From an uncultured beta proteobacterium (GTDB lineage Bacteria > Pseudomonadota > Gammaproteobacteria > Burkholderiales > Casimicrobiaceae), in the NCBI GenBank assembly GCA_963724975.1, contig CAVRXB010000001.1, forward strand, positions 606,511 through 670,510: a stretch of 64,000 nt of DNA, written 5' to 3'. Each line of letters opens with the position of its first letter. Positions within the stretch are counted from its first letter, which is position 1. Positions 58,523 through 64,000 of this stretch are shown piece by piece. Both the position numbers and the translations under genes were made by a program. Below the pieces are notes generated by a model. That model was not told where the DNA came from, did no database searches, and saw only the letters and a program-made list of their open reading frames with translations.

Positions 58523-59167
58523 TCAGTCGATCGGCGCTTCGAGCAGGCAGCTGAATTCGCGCGCGAAATCGACCGAAACGCGCGCATGGACAGCACCCTG
58601 CTTGTCGAAGAAGCGCTGCGTGCCGCGTGTGGTGAACACACCTTCGTGCCAGATATTCGGATGGATGTAGAGCCCAAAGCGGCCGTCGAACCGGAAGCAA
58701 ACGAAGTCCGCCGGCGCGATGTCGTCGCCCGACAGCGCGAGCGGGACCAGAAACGGCCTGCACTCGAGCGGGAAGAAGAGCTGGCCGCCATCCGGATGGT
58801 AGTTGGCGTGCCAGAGCACAATCCGCCGCGGATCGCGGTCGTGGCCGGTATCCGCCGTCGCAGGGTCGTCACCGTAGGCCAGGATGTAGTGGCCGCCAAC
58901 GGCGTCGTTGCGGCCATAGAGGATGTCTCCCTGCCATTCGCTGATGAACGTTCCTTCGGTGGTTCCGCCTTCGGTTCCCGTATCGAGATCCACGGGGCGC
59001 GTGCCCTGCGCCGGCCAGCGCACGATCTCGATCGCGCACGCACGGGGATCGTCGACCAGCCGGCCGTAGCCTTCGAGCGCGGCGTTTGTCGCGTCGACGA
59101 CCGGCATCGTGACGCGGCGCAATCCGGCCGGAATATCCGGGTTCAGGTAATCAGCGACGGCGGGCAC
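58523..59167 (-). CDS. ureidoglycolate lyase/hydrolase (AllA-like cupin) family protein
   Basis: 214-aa ORF. WHANYHPDGGQLFFPL and LYIHPNIWHE resemble AllA motifs. Assignment is tentative. Confidence 0.6.
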   Translation of the reverse strand: MPAVADYLNPDIPAGLRRVTMPVVDATNAALEGYGRLVDDPRACAIEIVRWPAQGTRPVDLDTGTEGGTTEGTFISEWQGDILYGRNDAVGGHYILAYGDDPATADTGHDRDPRRIVLWHANYHPDGGQLFFPLECRPFLVPLALSGDDIAPADFVCFRFDGRFGLYIHPNIWHEGVFTTRGTQRFFDKQGAVHARVSVDFAREFSCLLEAPID

Positions 59168-59176
59168 GGGATTCGC

Positions 59177-59554
59177 TCAATCGCGACCGGCCATGCGCCA
59201 ATCAGCGGCAGCGTTGCCGATCTTCTTCTCCTCCGGCTCCTGAAAATGATAGAAGGCGCCGTTGAGGTAGTGCGCGACCGCGCCGATCTCCTCGTTGCCC
59301 CAGCTGAGCTTGATGTTCGTCTGCCAGCGCCGCACTTCCGCCAGCAACGTGCGCCAGTCCTTGGCGATCTTCTTCTCCCGCCAGTGGACTTCCGTGGTGT
59401 GGCAGCCAATGCAGTGCGTCGTGTACAGGAGCTCGCCCTGCGACATTCCCGGCGGTGGGGTCGCCGGTAGTGGTGGCGACACCGGCGGCACCTGCGCCGG
59501 CGCCTGCATGCATACGCCCACGGCGATGAGGACGAGCAATCGGATCCTCGCCAT
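59177..59554 (-). CDS. c-type cytochrome (monohaem)
   Basis: Signal peptide and CIGCH haem-binding motif. Confidence 0.8.
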   Translation of the reverse strand: MARIRLLVLIAVGVCMQAPAQVPPVSPPLPATPPPGMSQGELLYTTHCIGCHTTEVHWREKKIAKDWRTLLAEVRRWQTNIKLSWGNEEIGAVAHYLNGAFYHFQEPEEKKIGNAAADWRMAGRD

Positions 59555-59590
59555 CGCATCGTCCTCTGCTTCGCGCGCAATGCGCTCGCG

Positions 59591-60007
59591 TTACGCCTTC
59601 GCGCGGTCCTGATTGATCCACGCGCAGACGATGCCCATCAGCACCATCGCGATCGTGTCGAACACGATCTGCTTGGCGACCACGTTGCCCGGGATCGGCT
59701 GCACCGCGTAGTAGATCAAATACGTCGGGATCACCGCCAGCACCGCGACGGCGAGGCCGAAGCGCACGCCCTGGCCGAGAAACGGTTTCGCTTCGCGCCC
59801 CATCCGGTAGATCCAGGTGAAGCCTATGCCGATCAATACGTGTGCGGCGATCATGAAACCGAAAAATCCCATCTGCTGTTCTTCGGGACGGAACAACGCG
59901 CCGAGGGCCTTGTACTCCGGTCCGAGCAGCCAGCCATGCACGATGAAGCCCAGCACCAACGACATCACGGCCATGACAGCCGCTGAAATCGCAACGTTCA
60001 TGTTCAT
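59591..60007 (-). CDS. integral membrane protein (DUF1761-like)
   Basis: 138 aa with four hydrophobic helices. Family name tentative. Confidence 0.65.
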   Translation of the reverse strand: MNMNVAISAAVMAVMSLVLGFIVHGWLLGPEYKALGALFRPEEQQMGFFGFMIAAHVLIGIGFTWIYRMGREAKPFLGQGVRFGLAVAVLAVIPTYLIYYAVQPIPGNVVAKQIVFDTIAMVLMGIVCAWINQDRAKA

Positions 60008-60085
60008 GTTTCCTCCGCTTCCGGTGAGATCCGGATATCCCCGCGCAGGCCGTTCATCATGGGTGGCCCGTCCCGTCGAGCGCCG

Positions 60086-61822
60086 TCAGTGGCTTTCGCG
60101 CCCGACTTTTGCTCCCGATTTCCCGACCAGGAAGTCGAGGTCGACCCCTTTGTCCGCCTGCTGCACGGTATCGCAGTAGAGCTTGACCCAGCCGCGGTCC
60201 GAATGCGGCTTCGGCGGTTTCCATTTCGCGCGCCGGCGCGCAAGCTCGGGGGCACTCACGTGCAAATGAATTCTCCGCTTGGCGACGTCGAGCTCGATCA
60301 GGTCGCCATTCTGCACTAGCGCGAGCGGCCCGCCGGCGGCGGCCTCGGGCGCCGTATGAAGCACCACCGTGCCGTACGCCGTCCCCGACATGCGCGCATC
60401 GGAAATCCGGACCATGTCGGTGACACCTTGCTTCAGAAGCTTCGCCGGCAGCGCGAAATTGCCGACCTCAGGAAACCCGGGGTAGCCTTTCGGCCCGCAA
60501 TTCTTGAGCACCAGCACCGATGATGCATCAACGACGAGACCCGGATCGTCGATGCGCCTGTGCAGGTCGTCGATATCCTCGAACACGACTGCGCGCCCCT
60601 TGTGCCGAAGGAGCTTCGGCGTCGCCGCCGAGGGTTTCAGCACGCAGCCATCCGGCGCGAGATTGCCGCGCAGCACCGCGATTCCGCCGTGCGGCTTGAA
60701 CGGCTTCCCGAGTGGGGTAATCACGCTGGGGTTGTAGTTGACGACGTCCTTGCAGTTGTCCCACAGCGTTTTTCCGTTGATGGTAGGCGCCTTCTTGTGC
60801 AGGAATTTGCCAATCTCCTTGATCACCACCGGCAGGCCGCCCGCGTAGTAGAAATCCTCCATCAGATACTTGCCGGACGGCATCAGGTTGACGAGACAGG
60901 GCATGTCGCGGCCAAGCCGGTCCCAGTCGTCGAGAGTCAACTTGACGCCGACGCGGCCGGCGATCGCCAGCAAATGCACTACCGCATTGGTGGAACCGCC
61001 GATAGCGCCATTGACGATGATGGCGTTCTCGAACGAATCGCGGGTCAGGATCTTCGACACCCGCAGATCCTCGTGCACCATTTCCACGATGCGCCGGCCC
61101 GCCATGCGCGCGAGTAACCGGCGCCGCGAATCGACGGCCGGAATCGCCGCGTTCGTCGGCAGCCCCATGCCCAGCGCTTCGACCATCGACGCCATCGTCG
61201 ATGCCGTGCCCATCGTCATGCAGTGACCGGCGGAGCGCGACATGCACGATTCCGCTTCGACGAGATCGGCGAACTTCATTTCGCCGGTCTTCAGCATTTC
61301 GGTGAATTTCCAGACGTGGGTGCCGGAGCCAATATCCTCGCCGCGGAACTTGCCGTTCAGCATCGGCCCGCCGGATACGCCGATCGTGGGGAGGTCGCAC
61401 GATGCGGCGCCCATCAGCAGCGACGGTGTGGTCTTGTCGCATCCCATCAGCAATACGACGCCGTCGAACGGATTCGCGCGTATCGATTCCTCGACATCCA
61501 TCGCCGCCTGGTTGCGGAACAGCATCGTGGTCGGGCGCATCAGCGTCTCGCCCAGGCTCATCACCGGAAACTCGATCGGGAAGCCGCCAGCGTCGAGCAC
61601 GCCGTCGCGCACGTGTTGCGCAAGCTCGCGGAAATGCGCATTGCACGGGGTTGCCTGGGACCACGTGTTGCAGATCCCGATCACCGGACGGCCGTCGAAC
61701 TGGTCGTGCGGAATGCCCTGGTTCTTCATCCACGAGCGGTGAACGAGCGCATCTCGATCGTGGCTGCCGAACCATACCGTCGAGCGGAGTTTGCGCGGCT
61801 TGCGGGTTGAGTTTTTGCTCAT
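60086..61822 (-). CDS. IlvD/Edd family dehydratase (probably a sugar-acid, e.g. pentonate, dehydratase)
   Basis: CNTWS, GCDKTTPS, GVSGGPM, CMTMGTASTM and GGSTNAVVHL motifs. Adjacent to a sugar ABC transporter. Confidence 0.9.
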   Translation of the reverse strand: MSKNSTRKPRKLRSTVWFGSHDRDALVHRSWMKNQGIPHDQFDGRPVIGICNTWSQATPCNAHFRELAQHVRDGVLDAGGFPIEFPVMSLGETLMRPTTMLFRNQAAMDVEESIRANPFDGVVLLMGCDKTTPSLLMGAASCDLPTIGVSGGPMLNGKFRGEDIGSGTHVWKFTEMLKTGEMKFADLVEAESCMSRSAGHCMTMGTASTMASMVEALGMGLPTNAAIPAVDSRRRLLARMAGRRIVEMVHEDLRVSKILTRDSFENAIIVNGAIGGSTNAVVHLLAIAGRVGVKLTLDDWDRLGRDMPCLVNLMPSGKYLMEDFYYAGGLPVVIKEIGKFLHKKAPTINGKTLWDNCKDVVNYNPSVITPLGKPFKPHGGIAVLRGNLAPDGCVLKPSAATPKLLRHKGRAVVFEDIDDLHRRIDDPGLVVDASSVLVLKNCGPKGYPGFPEVGNFALPAKLLKQGVTDMVRISDARMSGTAYGTVVLHTAPEAAAGGPLALVQNGDLIELDVAKRRIHLHVSAPELARRRAKWKPPKPHSDRGWVKLYCDTVQQADKGVDLDFLVGKSGAKVGRESH

Positions 61823-61858
61823 CAGAGGATCCGGACGATGGTTTCGATCGCGCGCGGC

Positions 61859-62932
61859 CTAGCTGAGCCGAACGCCGGTCGCCTGGTCGAAAAGATGGAC
61901 GTGCGCGGGATCGACACCGAGCGCGATCTTGTCCTCCGGATTCACCGCCGGACGCCCATGCGTGCGCAGGATCACCTGCTCGTTCCCGGCCTGGATCAGA
62001 AGCTCGGTTTCAGCCCCCGTGGGTTCGACGACGATGATTTCGGCCGGAACGGTCGTCTCGCTCGCGGGGGAAATCGTCAGATGCTCGGGTCGCACGCCAA
62101 AAGTAACCGCCTGTCCGTCGGCGCCCACGTTGCCGTAGAGCGGCCAGCGCACTCCACCGGCGACTTCGACATACGCGCGGCCGTCCGCACGACGTACCGT
62201 GCCGTTGACAACGTTCATGGCCGGCGATCCGATGAATTGAGCGACAAAGAGGTTGCCCGGCCGGTCGTAGAGCTCGAGCGGCGTGCCAATCTGCTCGATG
62301 CGGCCGTCATGCATCACGACGATCCGGTCGGCCATCGTCATCGCCTCGACCTGATCGTGCGTCACGTACACGGTCGTCGTCTTGAGCCGCTGGTGCAGCG
62401 CCTTGATCTCGGCGCGCATTGCAACGCGCAACTTGGCATCAAGATTGGACAACGGCTCGTCGAACAGGAACACCTTAGGGTCGCGCACGATCGCCCGTCC
62501 CATCGCGACGCGCTGCCGCTGGCCGCCGGAGAGCTCGCGCGGAAAGCGCGCGAGATAAGGCACCAGGTTCAGGATGTTCGCCGCTTTGGCAACACGTTCC
62601 TCGATCACCGGCAGCTTCTCCTTGCGGAGCTTCAGGCTGAACGCCATGTTGTCGCGCACGGTCATGTGCGGATAGAGCGCGTAGCTTTGGAACACCATCG
62701 CGATGTCGCGGTCCTTCGATTCCATGTCGTTGACGATCTTGCCGTCGATCGCAATCGTGCCGCCGGTGATGTCTTCGAGTCCCGCCAGCATCCGCAACAG
62801 CGTCGACTTGCCGCAGCCCGACGGGCCCACGAGAACGACGAATTCTCCGTCGTGGATGTCGAAGCCGATGCCGTGAATCACCTTGGTGGGGCCGAACGAC
62901 TTTTCGATGTTCTGGAAGGCGACCGTTGCCAT
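61859..62932 (-). CDS. sugar ABC transporter ATP-binding protein (UgpC/MalK-like)
   Basis: Start at ATG 62932 (MATVAFQNIEKSFG). GPSGCGKST, LSGGQRQRVAMGRA, FLFDEPLSNLD. Confidence 0.93.
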   Translation of the reverse strand: MATVAFQNIEKSFGPTKVIHGIGFDIHDGEFVVLVGPSGCGKSTLLRMLAGLEDITGGTIAIDGKIVNDMESKDRDIAMVFQSYALYPHMTVRDNMAFSLKLRKEKLPVIEERVAKAANILNLVPYLARFPRELSGGQRQRVAMGRAIVRDPKVFLFDEPLSNLDAKLRVAMRAEIKALHQRLKTTTVYVTHDQVEAMTMADRIVVMHDGRIEQIGTPLELYDRPGNLFVAQFIGSPAMNVVNGTVRRADGRAYVEVAGGVRWPLYGNVGADGQAVTFGVRPEHLTISPASETTVPAEIIVVEPTGAETELLIQAGNEQVILRTHGRPAVNPEDKIALGVDPAHVHLFDQATGVRLS

Positions 62933-62940
62933 GCGTGACC

Positions 62941-63795
62941 TCAGCTCTTTACCGCGCCCGCGGTCAATCCGCCGACCATGTAGCGCTTGAACGTGTAGTA
63001 AATCGCAGCCGGCGGCAGCGCGTAGATGAGCCCCGTCGTCATCAGCAGCTCCCACGGCGAATCATCGGCCGACAGGAAATGGCCGAGCGCGACGGCAAGC
63101 GTGATATCGCGGTCGTTCGATAAAAGCAGGAACGCATAGAGATACTCGTTCCACGCAAGCAGTAATGCGTAAGTCCCCACGGCGACGAGCGAAGGTGCCA
63201 TCAGCGGCAGGTAGACGAGGCGGAAGAGCTGCAGCGGCGACGCGCCGTCGATGCGCGCCGCTTCGTCGAGCTCGTAGGGGAGCTTGTCCGAGCTTTGCTT
63301 CAGGACCCAGATCGAGTACGGCGCGGCAATCGTCACCATCGCAAGGATCAGCGCCCACTGGTGGTTGAGGAGGCCGTAGACGCCCATCGCCTTGTACATG
63401 GGCACCGCGAGGAACGCAGCAGGGATGAAGTAGGTAAAAAGCGCGAGATTCATCACCGTGCGTCCGCCGCGCGCCTTCAGCCGGCTGATCGCGAACGCCG
63501 CGCACGTCGCGATCATGAGCGTCAGCGCGCCCACTGCGACCGCGATGATCAGCGAGTTCCACAGTTGCAGCCAGAAATGATTGAGGAAGTAATTCTCCTG
63601 GTTGAACACGATCGCGAAGTTGCGCAGCGTCGGATGCTCGGGCCACAGCCTGCCGCCAAATGCCTGGTCCTTGTTCGAGATCGCGAACAGCACGATGTGG
63701 TAGATCGGCAGCAGCGTCCAAATGAAAACTGGAATACCGATCAGCAGCAGCTTCGCCTCCGCCGACACCGAGTGGAAAAACGACCGGCGGCTCAT
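62941..63795 (-). CDS. carbohydrate ABC transporter permease
   Basis: EAA-type loop DEAARIDGASPLQLFRLVYLPL. Six TM helices. Confidence 0.9.
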   Translation of the reverse strand: MSRRSFFHSVSAEAKLLLIGIPVFIWTLLPIYHIVLFAISNKDQAFGGRLWPEHPTLRNFAIVFNQENYFLNHFWLQLWNSLIIAVAVGALTLMIATCAAFAISRLKARGGRTVMNLALFTYFIPAAFLAVPMYKAMGVYGLLNHQWALILAMVTIAAPYSIWVLKQSSDKLPYELDEAARIDGASPLQLFRLVYLPLMAPSLVAVGTYALLLAWNEYLYAFLLLSNDRDITLAVALGHFLSADDSPWELLMTTGLIYALPPAAIYYTFKRYMVGGLTAGAVKS

Positions 63796-64000
63796 CGCGA
63801 AAGCCGTTTCATCATGAAATACACGAGCGGCAGCACGAGCGGCATCGCGCAGACGACGGTTGCCATGGCCAGATCGACCTGATCGAGGCGCAGATAGCGG
63901 ATGCCGAGTGTGGCCAGAATGTGCGTGAGATCGGCGGGACCGCCACCGGTCAGGAGGTAAACGCTGTTGAAATCGCCCAGCGTCCAGATCATCGATAGGA
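63792..64000 (-). CDS. carbohydrate ABC transporter permease, C-terminal part (gene runs off the right edge)
   Basis: The reading frame is open to the window end. The stop overlaps the next permease's start. Confidence 0.75.
   Translation of the reverse strand, partial: LSMIWTLGDFNSVYLLTGGGPADLTHILATLGIRYLRLDQVDLAMATVVCAMPLVLPLVYFMMKRLSR

Overview
Visibly GC-rich bacterial chromosome segment (exact GC not computed). The gene content best fits a betaproteobacterium, probably Burkholderiales: an orphan Bug/TctC binding protein, leuS-lptE-holA synteny, and a single-Cys DksA. It is mostly housekeeping and envelope genes. Recognised genes are fpr, dsbC, hslV, dksA, pyrC, RNase P RNA, fabI, sodC, hslU, dsbD, leuS, lptE, holA, rsmE, metY and osmC, plus transporters and small detox or redox operons. 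I found no tRNA, rRNA, CRISPR array, transposase or integrase. Five things stand out. (1) Seven otherwise conserved genes are each split by a 1-2 nt frame change. All seven junctions lie between 18.1 and 35.9 kb, and this makes the ORF track show chimeric ORFs such as the 953-aa one at 21628..24489. This is either assembly indel error or real gene decay. (2) hslV and hslU are about 10 kb apart on opposite strands, and hslV is translationally coupled to a UbiH-family monooxygenase instead. (3) A roughly 65-bp REP-like palindromic element family starts directly at stop codons, twice inside a GTAG, and its central hairpin is conserved by compensatory changes. (4) A canonical SodC lipoprotein sits next to a degenerate SodC-like paralog that has lost most metal ligands. 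(5) An SPFH protein fused to an excisionase-type HTH forms a three-gene operon with a DUF4019-like protein and a double zinc-ribbon membrane protein. A possible surface-modification block lies at 21.6-29.4 kb (large FG-GAP plus beta-helix exoprotein, acyltransferase-3, methyltransferase, two paralogous lipoproteins). It is the most accessory-looking part of the window and also the most frameshift-ridden. All family assignments rest on motif recognition by eye; no database search was run. I see no unambiguous novel system; the candidates above are what I would follow up.
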